Assembly (NCBI RefSeq): GCF_001194135.2
Contig: NC_068984.1
Location: 118,586,960 to 118,650,959, forward strand
Origin: Octopus bimaculoides
Taxonomy: Eukaryota
Length of the DNA stretch: 64,000 nt
Direction of reading: 5' to 3'
Shown: positions 49,189 through 64,000 of the stretch, piece by piece
Layout of the letters: every line of letters starts with the position of its first letter
How positions within the stretch are numbered: position 1 is the first letter of the stretch
Made by a program: the position numbers and the translations under genes
The notes under the pieces: generated by a model
Seen by the model: the letters and a program-made list of their open reading frames with translations, nothing else
Told to the model about the DNA's origin: nothing
Databases searched by the model: none

Positions 49189-51267
49189 GTAGAGAGATAC
49201 AAGTATATTAATACATATGTACTCCCAACTGAAACAATGACTAATGTAATCTAATTTTCATGGTACCTAAACTAATTTCAACTACATGTTTATTTGCTTT
49301 TTTTATTTTGATCTGTTATCACATTCACATCTAATTCTCCAAGTTTATTGCAACATTATTGAACAAATGAGTTTAATTATATCTTATTTCCTAAGAGTTA
49401 TTAACACTGATGGAAAATATTTTGAAGTGTTATGCTTATGTAATTCTAATGAACCTTTAAATATTTTAGCTGAAATTTTAGCTTGCTTTTTTTTTTTCAT
49501 TTTTTTTCCCTTCTGTGACCAAAAAAATAAAATCAGAAAAAGTCAAATGTAAAGTTATAGAGAGACAATAATTTAACAGTAAGAGTATCAAACTCAATAC
49601 AATGATAGATTTCAATGGATTAGATTTGAATTCTTATTTTTATAAGTAACCATCTCTTCTAATGAATTGTTATTCTAAGTTCAAACTTTGACAAAATGGA
49701 CAAAACATGAGTAGCAGAGCAGGAGAGATAACTAAAGTGTTACATGACCATACATGGTAGTTTAAATTTTATGGATCAGCACCAGGGGTGTGATCCTTTG
49801 TTGTCATAAGCATCCTTAATTATAATTGACAAAATTAGGTAGGATTCAATTAGAAAACAGTAATGCACTCAATTTGGTGACATACACAATTTGTTCCAGA
49901 AGTCTAACATTGAGCCTTTACTTCAAAATACATCACTCGGAATTCTAAGGTACAAAACTTAGAACTATGAAGCATTTAGTCCAGTAGTCTGTCATTAAGC
50001 TTTATTTCCACGACTCTACAGTTACAGATGAGTATTTACTGAATTAACACTTCTCAATTTCTTCTTTTTTAGTTTAATTTAGTTAGTCCACCCTATACAT
50101 GCCTAAGCAGTTTTCTTCCAGAGTTTTAGATCATTTGCATGTTGAGGGTCTTCCCAGCATCAGTTGATAGCCTGTAGGTCCTGAAAGATTTTATGCCAAG
50201 TGGTCCAAACTCTACATCTTTTTGTTCATCCTGGTGATGTACATCTTACTGCTGTTTTTGGACACTGATGATCTAACTGTCACAAGATGAAAGCAGTCAG
50301 TTACTTTCATCATTTTGTTACTCTGTCATTGAGTTTTTTATCTCAATGTTCTTAAAGTGAACAGAAAACATTAAATAGAAAAAATTTATATCTTTATATC
50401 TTTTACTTGTTTTAGTCATTAGACTGCAGTCAGGCTGGGACAACCCGCTGAAGAACTTTTCGTCACATGAATCAACCCCAGTTCTTATTTTTTTAAGTTT
50501 GGTACTTACTCTAGTGGTCTCTTATAGCAAGCTGCTAAATTATAGGGACACACACATACACATATACAGTGGATGCCTTTCAGTTTCTGTCAACCAAATC
50601 CACTAAAAAGACTTTGATTAACTTGAGGCTAGAGTAGAAGATACTTGGCCAAGGTGCCACACAGTGAGACTAAACCTGGAACCGTGTGGTTGGAAGTAAG
50701 CTTCTTCTTACCACACAGCCATGCCTGAGCCTATGTGAATATTTTAAAAATAAAATCAACAATACTATCAAATTTTTAAGATGTATTACTTGGTACTACA
50801 AAGTTCTTATTTTATTATCTAAGAGATGTAAAATTTTCATAAGAACAAATGGAAGTGTTTTTTAGTCTTAAAGTATTAAGATGTATTCTAAGAGGCAATG
50901 TTTTGATTTAGCTAAAATCAATAGCACTTTTTCAGAAGTTAACTTATCTTCATAGTTTTACTGCAAGGTACTTATGAATAATTTCTGCATATAAAATCCC
51001 AATCTATTTTATACATTAACAATCACAACCTATTTCATACATAAGTTATTCATGCTAAATATTTAATCTTTAATCTCTTACTTGATTCAATCATTAGAAC
51101 CTGAGGCCATGCTGGGGCACCGCTTTGAAGGTATTTATGTTTTACTTTTTAAAGTTTGATACTTATTTTATTGGCCTCTTTGCCAAACCAGACTTATGGG
51201 AATTTAAACAAATCAACACTGGTTGTCAAATGGTGGGAGCAATAATCACAAAGACACACACACATAA

Positions 51268-51303
<36 letters not shown>

Positions 51304-54300
51304 ACAAAAGGTAATTTTTATCTGCACTTAAAAGTGGATATTGTGTTAGAACACAAAATACTCTGATAGTAACCATGAGACTAACTCAGGTTTTTGGTGC
51401 ATATTAGCACTCTTATTTACCATTGCTAGTGGAGAGATAAATCATCCACTACTGCCACTGTTGAGACTATTAAATCACAATATTTAGACCTACTTTGACC
51501 TTGTCAATGGTAGACACTAACACAAAATCCACTTTTAAGTGGGGATAAATATTACCTTTTGGTATTAACACTGTTTCTGTTGGAAGGTGGTGAACTGGCA
51601 GACACGTGAGCAGGCCAGGTGAAATGCTTAGTGGTATTTCATCTGCCATTACGTTCTGTGTTCAAATTCTGCCGAGGTCGACTTTGCCATTGATCCCTTC
51701 GGGATTGATAAATTAAGTACCAGTTATGCACTGGGGTTGATGTAATCGACTTAATCCCTTTATCTGTCCTTGTTTGTCCCTTCTATGTTTAGCCCCTTGT
51801 GGGCAATAAAGAAATAAGAAACGTTAGCACACCAGGCAAAATGCTTAGCGGTATTTCGTTTGTCTTTACATTCTGAGTTCAAATTCTACTGAGGTCAACT
51901 TTGCCTTTCATCTTTTGGGGTCGATAAATTAAGTATCAGTTGCATACTGGGGTCAATCTAATTGACTGCTCCCTTCCCCCAAAATTTCAGGCCTTGTGCC
52001 TAGAGTAGAAAATACTGTTTCTGTCGCTAATAATTATTATTTAATAAATATGTATGTATACGACTGGCTACTCCACAGTTCCTGCAGGCTAAATTCATTC
52101 ACAGGGCATTGGTTGGCCTAGGGCTATAGTAGAAGACACTTGTCCAGGGTGCCACACAATTGCACTGAACCTGAAACCATATAATTGGAAAGCAAACTTC
52201 TTAGCTACAAAGCTAGCCACACATTCAGTGGTATTGGAGGTTAAATCATTTATTAATTTGCTTCTAGTACGATTCTTAGCACTATATATTTTTCATCACA
52301 AGAGGATGAAAACTAAAGTTAATCTAAGTTGGTCTCGAAGTCATTAAGTAAAAAAGAAAAGAGACTTAGTACTGCAATGCAATAAATCTAATACCTTACA
52401 CTCATGCAGCATATCATCCCTCTTTATGTTCGGAGTTCAAATGCTACCGAGGTGCACTTTACCTTTCATTCTTTTGGGGTTGATAAAATAAGTACCAGTT
52501 GAGCATTAGGGTTGATGTAATCAACTTATTCACTTGCCCAAAATTGCTGGCCTTGAGCCAAAATTTGAAACTAATATTTAGTTACATTCTGGGTTCAACT
52601 CTGGCCAAGGGAACTTTATCTTTCATCCTTCCCGAGTCAATGAAAATAGAGTACCAGTCAAGTACTTAGTAGCAATTTAACTGATGAAACCCTTCCACAA
52701 AATGTGTGGTCATGTGTCAAGGTTGAAGGAAAAAAAATCAATATTAGCATCAGAAAATAGACTGCTTCCCATTATAGAACACAAGAAGGTTTTCTTATAC
52801 CAGATGCAATATATTTGCATCTCTATACTGCTGCTGGTGCTACTGCCACCACTACTGTTACTTGCTTCTTCATGTACTACTACTACTACTACTGCTAAAA
52901 CAAGTCATAATTCATTCAGGATCCTTGAATAATTATCATGTAATTCAGTATCTTTAGATGACCAATTTTATTTTGTTAGCAGATGATGGACTACAATTAG
53001 AAGCTGATTTATAAATTTGTGTTTGTTATTCTCTGGTTAAACAGTTCCAATTTGAAGTTGTCCTCTGTTGCAAAATAATCATTATGTCGGCTTCATTACA
53101 ATTTGAGTGATACAAATGATTTGTTGATGTGGGTTGTACTGTATTCCTCTCCACAACCAACCCCACCATCTACAGCACTAAGTACTTTGTCAGCTTGGCT
53201 TTCTTTGACATTGAGTAATTTTAGAGGAATTTTAATATCTATTTTAAGCATCATTATAACATCTATTTTGCTGTGTTGGGATATGCTGGATGGGTCTACT
53301 GTATATATTTATTTGTTTCACATTTGTCTTTCCATGATAACATAGGCCTAGAAGAATATATCATTGAGGCATCATTTTACAACCAAATGCCCTTCCTGTT
53401 GCTAACCATTACTTGTTTCTCAAGCAAAGGATCTCTTATTACACATCTTCAAAAGGACTAAGTCAATGAGTGATTTGTTGACAGGGAAATGACTACACTG
53501 TCACTGCTTGCATCCCAGTGATTTTGGAGAAGCACAAATGTAAACAAACAAATGTGCACATCTATACATATTTTTTTTTTTATCATGTCATGTGTGAGAC
53601 CCATATCCTGAAATTTAACCGTACCACTTCTCACGTTTTTTATCCCGCTTCTTCTGCTAAAAATACTTTCTACTGGCATGAACTAAACATTTCCATTTAG
53701 AATGGCAGGAAACTGTGGAAGAGGTAGGCCCAGGAAGACATGAGATAAAGTGGTGAAGTATGAACTTTGGATGTTGAGTCTCACAGAGGTGGTGACAAGT
53801 GATTGAAACCTTTGGGGATTTGCAGTACTTGAGAAAATACATCAAGCTGTGACTGGTGCCTTTGACATGCCAGAGATACATAAAAGGCACCTGTACCAGT
53901 GGCATGTAAAACGCATCCATGCTGGTGACACATAAAAGGCATCCACTACATATTGTGGAGTGGTGGGCATTAGGAAGGGCATCCAGCCACAGAAACTGAG
54001 TCAAAATAGACTGGAGCCTGGTACAGTTTACCGGTTCCAGTCAGACCATCTATGCTAGCATAGAAAACAGATGCTAAATGATGATGAGGATAATGATGAT
54101 GAATTCAATGTCTCTTTATACATATTACACGTTCATACCAGCACAGTCATTTCTCCTGTATACACTGGCTGATGCTTTTAATGCCTAGTCAATCTCCAAA
54201 TTCATTTGTATTCTGCTTTTCATACACATTGATGTTACAAATCCATCATGTTAAGCTCTTTAAATTTCTCTTCAGCCTCTGCAGATTTTCTATATTGAAT

Positions 54301-54399
54301 GTTCTGGTCTAATTATGAGGCATAATCATATTTCTTACATAAACTTCAAATAGCCTTCCTTTTGCTATTAACAAAGGTATTAGCATCATGAATTTCATT

Positions 54400-54485
54400 T
54401 TTCTTATTTTCACTATAACCACCTCCATCATACAATACTCACAGTTATGCCGATAATACCACACTTCGATCTTCCTTAACATTTT
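54400..54485 (+). mobile_element. LINE RT relic (CR1/L2-like YADD region)
   Basis: In-frame FLFSL*PPPSYNTHSYADNTTLRSSLTF resembles the RT catalytic HSYADDTTL motif. Confidence 0.4.
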
Positions 54486-54680
54486 GCATACATGCATCAT
54501 CAATATACACCCTAAACACATCATTCCAGACTTGTACAGCTTCTATGAACAGAGACTGTAAGAACAGCCTTCAATGACAACATGACATCAACTCTTCTTC
54601 AAAGTACAAAGACACAATCACTACATATATTAAAGAAACAGTCTTGTACCATTCTCAGATTACATATACATACATACACA

Positions 54681-54716
<36 letters not shown>

Positions 54717-55162
54717 CTAATATTATACATATAATATTTCAAACTATAAACCACTTAAAGCTGCTATAAATACAAGGCCTTGAAATTGCCAATAATTATT
54801 GAAATCTCCAATAATTGCATAAAATGAATCTGCTTTTAAATAGTTTCTGATTTCTCTGTTTCCTTGTTAAGTTATTGATAATTTGTATTACCAGCACTGA
54901 CTTCATTATCGTAAAAACATTTGTCATTGTCAGAATTCAATGATTCCGGCAATAGTTATTTTAATGTTCTTTTGCTCTTGGGATATAGTATAGAAAAATC
55001 ACATCACTGTGTGGTTGAAAAGTTCGCTTTTCAGCCACATGGTTTCTGGATTCAGTTCCATTGTACAACACATCTGGAAAGTGCTTTTTACTATAACCTT
55101 GGACCGACCAAAGCTTTGTCACTGAATTTGGTAGAGGAGAACCAAAAGACCATCATTCATAC

Positions 55163-55207
<45 letters not shown>

Positions 55208-57700
55208 TGCGTGTGTGTGTAAAGGGTATGAAATCAAACTGCAACTGTTGGTGAGTGTTCCAGTTTAGGAATTCTGGAGTTGTGGGGAGTATAGATTCAC
55301 CCTTCAATTGCATTACTCCTAGGTCCATTCTGACATGGAACAGTAGTACCTGTCAAGGAACCATACATGGGTTAAATAGATTTCCCAGGAGTAGAGGCAG
55401 CTCCTTTTATTTTTGTCAAAGTCACAAAGAAGACAGTACTTCTAGGAGAAAGGTATTCTGACATAAAACTTGCAGTCAAAATTGTATCAATCATCTTCCA
55501 ATGCTTGCGACTGGAACCTGCTAGGACAACCAAGAGAGTGGCAAAAGTGTTATACAAGCTTTTGTCACTTAAAACCATTGTTTTGTGATCTGTTGTGTAT
55601 TTTGTAGTCCTACAGTAATGGACATGTTGCATGAAATGTCATATCCATACATATGTAAGCAGGAAAGTAAATCAGAACAATCAGACTAAATAATATATGG
55701 CTATCATCTGACAAAATGAAGCAATCACCATGTATATATGTGTGTGTGTATCCACAATCACTCATATGCAAAAGTGCAGTGATCTGCATTGTTTTTAGTT
55801 GCTTCTGTCAAGAAACCATCCTTTGAAGATGTATGGGGTAAGTGATCTCTCAGTTGAAATTCAAAGGAAAGGTGTCCAGTTGTTAAACAATGACTCAACA
55901 TATTTGTCTAACCCATGCAAGCAAGAGTGAGAAAGAAAAAAAACAGGAGAGCTTAGCAAAATATGTTTTGAGACATTCATTAAGAAATATTTACGTTTCA
56001 TGAAACAGAGACTACACAGTTATGTACTAATTTCACAGATAATCTTTATCCTAAGCAATGCATTCTTTGGACATTGTATACAACAGGCAACTTTTAATAC
56101 TCGATCAATTTCTTTCAACTCTACTGAAAATATTATTAATAAAGAGAACAGAATGATTTAGCTGTGTTTTGCTGCCTGAAATAGCATATTGCGAAGCAGT
56201 TATATTTAGTATGAAATCTACATCTAAAGAAAAACGTTTTTAAAAGAGGCTTGCTCATAAAAGCTAACTTCAGTTTCACTGATGCAGTAGCTTGCTTTTC
56301 TGGCTAATACAACTGAAATCTTTTTAGCTACAATGTAGTCCACATACTCTTAAATAATCTTACAATAATTGGATGATTGAAGATTTAATGAAATCGTCAA
56401 TATTAGCTTAAAGCAGACAGTATTTACATTAACAGTTTTTCATACAGCTTCTGGCACGACTGCTTATCTTTAGGGGATAATTTCACTCTTATGACGTCAA
56501 TTGATCACATTTTAGAAATTCACTTGGAGAATTTCACAATGTATCTGAATGTGTAACTTATTCAATACTGTACTCTCTCTAGTCTAAAACTTAGATGACA
56601 AATAAACCATGCAACACCACATTACACTAAAAGAACTGACACCAACGGAAGCTTTTTTTTTACAGTTTAGAAATATGAACTCAGTGTTCTTTGATCATAT
56701 TTATAACCTTTTATTTAGATACATCTCTTTCATGTTAATGACAACATATATTTCTATCACTCATTTATATAACCTCATTAAAATATTTAAAGCTAGTCAT
56801 CTATCTTTAAACGTATTAGATCTTATATCATCTAAAAAATATTATCAATATTTGTTGTCAAATGAGAGAAGCAACAAATTGTTATCATCATCATCATCAA
56901 CATTTAATGTCTATTTTCCATGCTGGCATGGGTTGGACGACAAGATTATTAATATTACCTTTGTGTAAATCACATATTTATAATGTTCCTCCTGACATGT
57001 GTTACCTAACAGGTAATTCTTTTCTTAATCCCTGTATAGTTCTAAGAGACTCGAATTAACAAATGTCATCATCTGCTTCTTGATGTAAGGGAACTGGAAT
57101 AAATTGAACTGCAAAAGCTTTGAAACATTGAACTTAATGCTTGTTTCGAATTTTCTGTCATATTAAAAAAAATGGTGCTCATCAGAATCTTTAAGACAAC
57201 AACTGCCAGTCAAAATACAGACAGTGTCCTGGCCAACTCAGGAACACATTACATTTAGACCATGACATCTGATCTAAATTTCATTTTACCTCTCATCTGA
57301 GATGGATGATTAGGACATAGGGTGGTTGCTTCATTTGAGCTGCCGAGAGCTTAAAATAGGATTGGAGGAATGTAAATAAGTACACTAACATAGAGGAAAT
57401 CCATGGTGACCTCACATTTTTACATGGATAGATGGAGGTGGCTAGTGTTGTGATAGAAAGATAGGAAAATATTGTGGTGATGAGGTGCCAGACATATCCT
57501 CAAGGTAACATGTCCAGGAAGATGAACGAGAAAAGGAAGTTGATTTCAGTGACTAAATCTTTCAAAGTGGTACCTCAGCATAACCACAGTCCAATGAGTG
57601 AAACAAGTAAAATGAATATAAGAGAGAGGGGGGGGGGGTGAGAGAGAGCGTCTCATAAAGCGAGATTTATATATCTTAATTTGCAGAGGAATTTGTAATG

Positions 57701-57775
57701 GGTAGTTTAGCTTAATCAGTCAAAGCATCGTGACATGTAATCATGGTGATGTGAGTTCGAGTCCACAGCTAGCCA
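57701..57775 (+). pseudogene. tRNA-Thr(TGT)-like pseudogene or tRNA-derived head
   Basis: Cloverleaf: D stem GCTT/AAGC, anticodon stem CGTGA/TCATG with loop CA-TGT-AA, T loop GTTCGAGT, acceptor GGTAGTT/AGCTAGC with a mismatch; lacks D-loop GG and U33, T stem has a 1-nt deletion; TTTT at 57783. Confidence 0.55.
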
Positions 57776-58920
57776 CCTACACTTTTCTCTGCAAAATAGG
57801 GGTAGTTTATCCTGTTCAGGCTATATTATTAGCATTATTCTGCGATTGAGAATTTAAAATCACTTCTTTAACTTTCACAAATATATATATATATACACAC
57901 ACATAAATATACATACATATATATATATATATACACACACAAATATATATATACACACATAAATATATATATATATACACACATATATATATATATATAC
58001 ATACACATACACAAACACACACGTGTGTACATGTACAAACACACTGTATAGTTTCATGCTATCCATTCTTGAGAGTATAGATTTTTAGTTTGGGCCAAAT
58101 GCCAAAAGTTTATGGGATATATGTATATACAATTGAATCCAATCTAGTATGTAACAGGCAATTACTTTATTGAATCTACAAAGATGAAAGCGCAGACAAT
58201 CCTGTTGGGATTTGAACTTTGAATGTAAAGGAACCTAGCAAAACATCATTTATAATTCTCCAACTCATTAACCTATTTATTTACAAAAAAAAAAAAATCC
58301 ACCTGCCTCTTGTTTACCAGTCAAGGCTGCGACAATTTAAATGGTGCCAAGTTTGCCTCTTGCTCACTGAAATATGTATGTGTAAACATAACAAATATCA
58401 AACACATATTTCTTTACCGCATTATGTAATAATCCTTTCTACTAAAGGCACAAGGCCTGAAACTTTGGGGGAGGTGGAGCTTGTAAATTACATCGACCCC
58501 AGTGTTTCACTGGTACTTAATTTATTGACCCTGAAAGGATGAAAGGGAAAATCTACCTTGGCGGAATTTGAACTCAGAATGTAAAGATGGGCAAAATACC
58601 GTTAAGCATTTTGTCGAGCATGCTAACGATTCTGTGCCAGCTTTCCACCTTAATTGCATTCATCATCATCACCATCGTTTAACGTCCACCTTCCATGCTA
58701 GCATGGGTTGGACGATTTGACTGAGGACTGGCAAACCAGATGGCTACACCAGGTTCCAATCTGATTTGGCAGAGTTTCTACAGTTGGATGCCCTTCCTAA
58801 CGCCAACCACTCCGAGAGTGTAGTGGGTGCTTTTACGTGCCACCGGCACCATACCTTCTAGTTTTGTCCTCTAGCTATCTTTAGTGAGTTAACTGGCACT
58901 CTGTCAATTACAAGGAATAG

Positions 58921-59215
58921 GGTTCCAGTTGATCCAATCAACAGAACAGCCTGCTTGTGAAATTAATGTGTTTGTGGCTGAACACTCCACAGAGATGCGT
59001 ACCCTTAACATAGCTCTCAGGGAGATTCAGCGTGACACAGAGTGTGACAAGGCCAGCCCTTTGAAATGCAGGTACTACTCATTTTTGCCAGCTGAGCAGA
59101 CTGGAGCAATGTGAAATAAAGTGTCTTACTCAAGGACACAATGTGTCACCGGGAATTGAACTCACAACCTTACGATTGTGAGCCAAATACCCTAACCACT
59201 AAGCCACGTGCCTTC
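58921..59215 (-). mobile_element. SINE family A-related copy with a different head
   Basis: Shares gttccagttgatcc..cagcctgct..gaaattaa..cccttaac..gattcagcgtgacacag body with the family A copies. Confidence 0.7.
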
Positions 59216-62200
59216 ACATTGTGAGTAAATAGGTAAGTGTAGATACTTGTTTTCAAATCTGCACTCATTGGATATAGAAAGTGGTACCATAACATGGGTA
59301 CCATCAATTTAGTTTTATTATCAGATAATATTTATTTGTCATATATAATATTATTTGTCACATATAATACAAAGTCACTTGCTTCTTGTTTGCAGATCCA
59401 TTAATAGGGGGAGGGGGACACTGCTTACATTAACAAAAATACACTTGACTAAAAACAAAACCTGACCTAAACCAAGAGACCCTCTATGTGGTCATTCAAC
59501 CATGTAGAAACAGCAGTAAATATCTCTCAGATCACAACCTACCTGTTTAAGAAATGAAAGAACACACTGTTGTATAATGTAGTTCTAGAAATATTAAGTC
59601 TGGAAAGAAGACAAAATGAGTATAGTTAAAACTTGTTTGATTGTCGGTCAGTTGGATCAAGGCTGACCTGATGACAAACAACAAAATTCAACACAGTGTT
59701 GGATTGGATTTTGTTCAGATCATATGAAACCTATATGAGAACACTTAATGAGAAAATAAATATAAAAGAAGACTTATTTCTACCAAGGAGCATTAGTAAA
59801 AAGTTTCCTTGAAGGTTTGTGTTGAATTTTGTTTTCTGTTAACAGTTTTATTAGCATATTTTTGTTAACACACACTGCCATTGTTTCACTTCATTTTTAA
59901 AAATAATGAGGAATTTAGTAAAATATTATTTTGCTATTATTAAGTTTGTGTTTGGGACATAGATTAACATAAATTAAAATGAAAATTTGATGGAAGATCT
60001 TAGTTTACATCACTTTAAAAAAGCAAGTTTGTGTTATTGAGCCAAAGGTGGCTTTAGACAGGTTTGCATTAAAAGGGTTAAAAGGTATAAAATCAAGAAG
60101 TGAGTATATACATCTTACAAATTTTTAAGCAAAAGAGTATCTGAAAATTAAAGTAAATTAAAATGTACAGAAATTCCAAGAAGCCAATTCTTCATCTTGA
60201 AGATAATTTCAAACCAACCACAGATGAAATGTTTTTAAAAGGGTTTTGAATACAGTCATAATGATCTATGTTTAGACAATAGAAAATAGAAGCTTAATAA
60301 GTCTACCAGGAATGTCAAATGTTCAACTACAGTAAAATCATTCCTTTTTATGTTGGTTTTACATATTAAGGAAAACATTTCAAATATACTATCTTTAGTC
60401 CTAATTTACAAAATTGCTATTATTTTCTAAAATGTTCTCTGTGTTGGACAAACTACTATCAAGATGTACAAAATCATGTCAGTTAAATATTGCTATCTCA
60501 AAATCCAAACTTATCGTTAAAGACACTAACAAAAGCATTTCTTTTACATCTTCAAATAATACAACTATTCCTTGAGTTCATGTACACAATTTTACCTCTT
60601 GACAGCTGCCTGAGTGTAAAATTAAGAACATATGCTGTGAATCCCTATTGATATGAATTTCTTCAAATAAACAAGTCTTCAATGGTTTGTTTTTATTGAA
60701 ATTAGCCATTTTAATACATTTTCCATTAAACCGCACATATTTTTGTAACATGTATCCCTACACAGAAGCAATAAATATGTTTAACATTGGAATTTTGCTA
60801 TTTTAGCAAGAGAAAACCTCTTAAAGAACCTACCAAAGATGGAGCCCCATCAGTATAAATTCTAATGCATGACTTGCATAAAAAAAAATTCTATTTTCCA
60901 AAGTATGAAGATAAACTATTGAAGCCATCTTTACAGCCTGAGCTGTAAAGCAGTAACAAATAAATATGACTGTAGCATGTTAAAGTAGCAATAATGTTAA
61001 AGTAGCAATAATGTTAAAGCAGCAATAAATAAATATGACTATAGCATGGGAGACATGTGTTAGCCATTCAAAATGCATGAAGACTTCACTTAAACATTTA
61101 TCATTTGGGGCAAAGTATTGAAGGCCGATCTCAAGACGCTGAGCCTTACAAAGAAGATGACAGAGGACCGAGATATGTGGCACGTTGCTGTGCTCAAGAC
61201 CTGCCCACTGCAACAGAATTGAGATCCTAAAACATGTGCCACATACAAAACATTGGTATGGGTGCTGGTGCCATGTAAAAAGCACTGGTGGTGGTGCCAC
61301 ATAAAAAGTACTGGTGTTGGTGCCATATAAAAAGCACCCAGTACACTCTGTAAAGTGGTTGGCATTAGGAAGGACATCTGACCATAGAAACCAAGTCAAA
61401 ATAGAATATGGAACCTGGTGCAGGCCATGGTCTTTCCGGTTCTTGTCAAGTTGTTCCAACTCATGCCAGCATGGAAAACAGGCGTTAAATGTTGATGCTG
61501 CTGCTGATGATGTCAAAATTTTCTTTGCACAAACTGCAACCTGATTACTGACAAGGCTATACTGCATTTCTTGTGAGTGACCAGATCACAATCCGTGCGA
61601 CAAAGATTTTGACACCATGTTACAAACAAAACGTGTTTACATGAAGTTAACAGTGTTTGTGTGTTTCTGAATGGCTAATTAATACATATCCTCTATGCTG
61701 CAATCATTTTAGTTTCAACACGTGGTCTCAGACCAAATCATTCACATGGCAAGTACATCTCCAAATTGAATAAAGTAAAATGAAATAAAACCTTATTTAC
61801 AATTTATTATTTTTTTAATCTCTATCTCAATAAAATTAATAAATGTAAGTATTTAAGATTTGTTATTTAATGCCAATAGCTTTGTCAGCTTACAAAGTGA
61901 ATTCTGTATTTTAAAATCTATTTCATCTATTTTCTTCCATATCTGCTGATGGATCCACTATTTGTCAATGTATCGTATTATCTGAGAGGATTATTGTGAT
62001 TATGCCTTGTTCTGATTCATTTCCCCAACACTGTTTTAACCAGCTTTCTGCAGGTGGGGAAAATAATTGATTCAAGTAAAGTGTGAAATGAGTGAGAGAG
62101 AGAGAAAGTGTGTTTGTGTGTAAGTGTTTCCACGTGTGCATGTGTGTGTGAATGCTTGTATGTGTGCACGTGTGAGTGCTTGTATGTGTGCATGTATGTG

Positions 62201-64000
62201 TGTGTGTGTCTGCTTGTGTGTGTGTGTGAGAGAGTGAGAGAGGGAGTGCTTGTACGTATGTGTGTAAGTGCTTGTATGTGTGCATGTGTACACACACACA
62301 ATCATTTCAGCTATCTCAACAAAAGTGGTTTAAGTTTTCTAAAACTGTTAACCTTTTCCAAATAGTCTCTTTTGATTGAATACATTGGTTTTCTTTGGAA
62401 ATAGTTTAAATCTTTTCCTTGAAGATATGGCTATTTAGATGTAAAATATAAATATATTCTTAACTTGTTTGGTATCCATGGCTTCATTCGACATTTTTTT
62501 TAGCTACACACAATATACAGTGAAAAATGTTGATCATCATTTGCAATCCAAACAAGGCCAAAATTTAAATATCTATTGCAATATCAATGACTGAGCCATA
62601 CCTTCATCTTATTAACATTAACCCTTTAGCATTTAAATTAGCCATGTCAAGCCGAAAGCTACCTTTTTTTTAATCTTCAAACTGGCCAGATCTGGGATTA
62701 CCCTATAATTTTATTCTAGATATAAACAATCATGTCAATGAAATCTCAATGCTACAAAGTAATGCATGTCTAAATCAAATCAATGTGAATAAATAAGCAT
62801 TACATTTGATTAAATAGTTAAGCCTTATTGCTTTTGAGGAATGTTCACTTTCAGATTCACAATCACCACTGCTATGTTTCTTCTTAATAAATAAACTTAT
62901 CCGTTGTATGACTAAATATACTTGTCTTGGGCAGTTAACATTCAAGAATGGCACAATGGATGCATCATCATTGTTATCCTTCATTTCCCTTATCTAACGT
63001 TCATGATCCCCACTGGTATGGGTTAGATGGTTTGACAGGATCTGATAGGTCCAAGGATTGCATCATGCTCCAATGTCTACTTTGGCAGAGTTTCTATGGC
63101 TGGATGTTCTTCCTAATTCCAATTTCAACTGCTTTACAGTGTGTATTGAGTGCTTTTTTTTTTTCATGGCACCAGTACTAGTGAGGTCATCATGGAACTT
63201 GCAAGACTAAGATCCCATTCAACTAAGTGGAGTTAAGAGAAAGGGCTAAAAAAAAAACAGGTTTCTTGCTGTAGAGGAGCTATATGATTACTTACATTAT
63301 AGATGAGAGCCATTTCAGAATATTGATATTGTAATCCACAATCTATCGCAATCTGCTCAGAAGTTTAATTTTAGGGTGTTTTACCTTTAGCAAACAAACT
63401 GGCCAAAGCAGACCTAAATAATCTACCTGTTTTGGGTTCAAATTGGCCACATCAGACCTCTCACAACTACCCTGCAATGTCATTCTAAAATTAAACAAAT
63501 ATATCATCGAAATCTCATGTAAGTATAATAATAATGAACTTATTGTATATAGTGCTCAGGTACTCTACAACTTATCAGAAAAAGTAACCAAAACTGCATG
63601 AAAAATACACAGAATATGAACGGGAAGTGAACAGTGAAAATGTCTTTTAAGAGGAGAAAAAAAAGTAAGGAAGAAAAAGAAATGGGGGGGGGCATCAGGT
63701 GTACTATTGGTGAATTTCAGGAAGCATGGAAGTTTTGAAGGATGTAATGTCTTGACAGCTAAAGACTGATGCAGATAGTTTATTCCATGCTTCAGCAATT
63801 CTGAGTGTGTAAAAATGTTTATCAAAAGGTATGATTAATTGAAGACAATGTGAATAAACAAGCATTATATTTGACAGAATAATCTGAATACTAAAGAGTT
63901 AAATTCGAACATGACAATGACCCAAAGCATGTGCTAGTAGGCTCGAGATTATCTTGATCTAAAACAGATAAATATATTACCCTCGCCTTCTCAATCAGCT

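Noticed and set aside
55372-55632. 86-aa minus ORF and nearby CAG|gtacta donor as the missing upstream MCTP exon
   Set aside because: No C2A strand-1 or DxxG motif; an in-frame stop precedes the donor. The true upstream exon is probably beyond 64000.
60950-61048. Triple 17-bp tandem (tgttaaagtagcaataa) with flanking direct repeat
   Set aside because: Ordinary local slippage duplication.

Overview
AT-rich eukaryotic genomic DNA, dense in microsatellites and SINEs. The repeat families look like those of Octopus (inference from recalled repeat sequences, not a database match). The window lies almost entirely inside one minus-strand gene encoding an MCTP (multiple C2 domains and transmembrane regions) protein. 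I traced 16 exons from 48675 down to 1012. They splice in frame (1913 nt, about 638 aa) and encode most of C2A, all of C2B and C2C, two hydrophobic/TM segments and the C-terminal MCTP region. The N-terminal exon(s) and the final exon were not found and probably lie outside the window. One intron is a GC-AG intron (15601-17729). The 20.6 kb C2A-C2B linker region contains several candidate micro-exons or alternative exons. The introns hold decayed Tc1/mariner elements (maT DD37D, mariner, rosa DD41D, and a fold-back mariner made of two left ends), TTAA-ended MITEs, RTE and other LINE relics, tRNA-derived SINEs, a tRNA-Thr-like pseudogene and several long hairpins. The most interesting non-coding signal is four minimal type I hammerhead-ribozyme-like motifs of Penelope-element type. 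Two share a non-canonical CUGUNGA core, and one is joined to a tRNA-derived head inside a collapsed palindrome. No CRISPR array, rRNA or prokaryotic features were seen.
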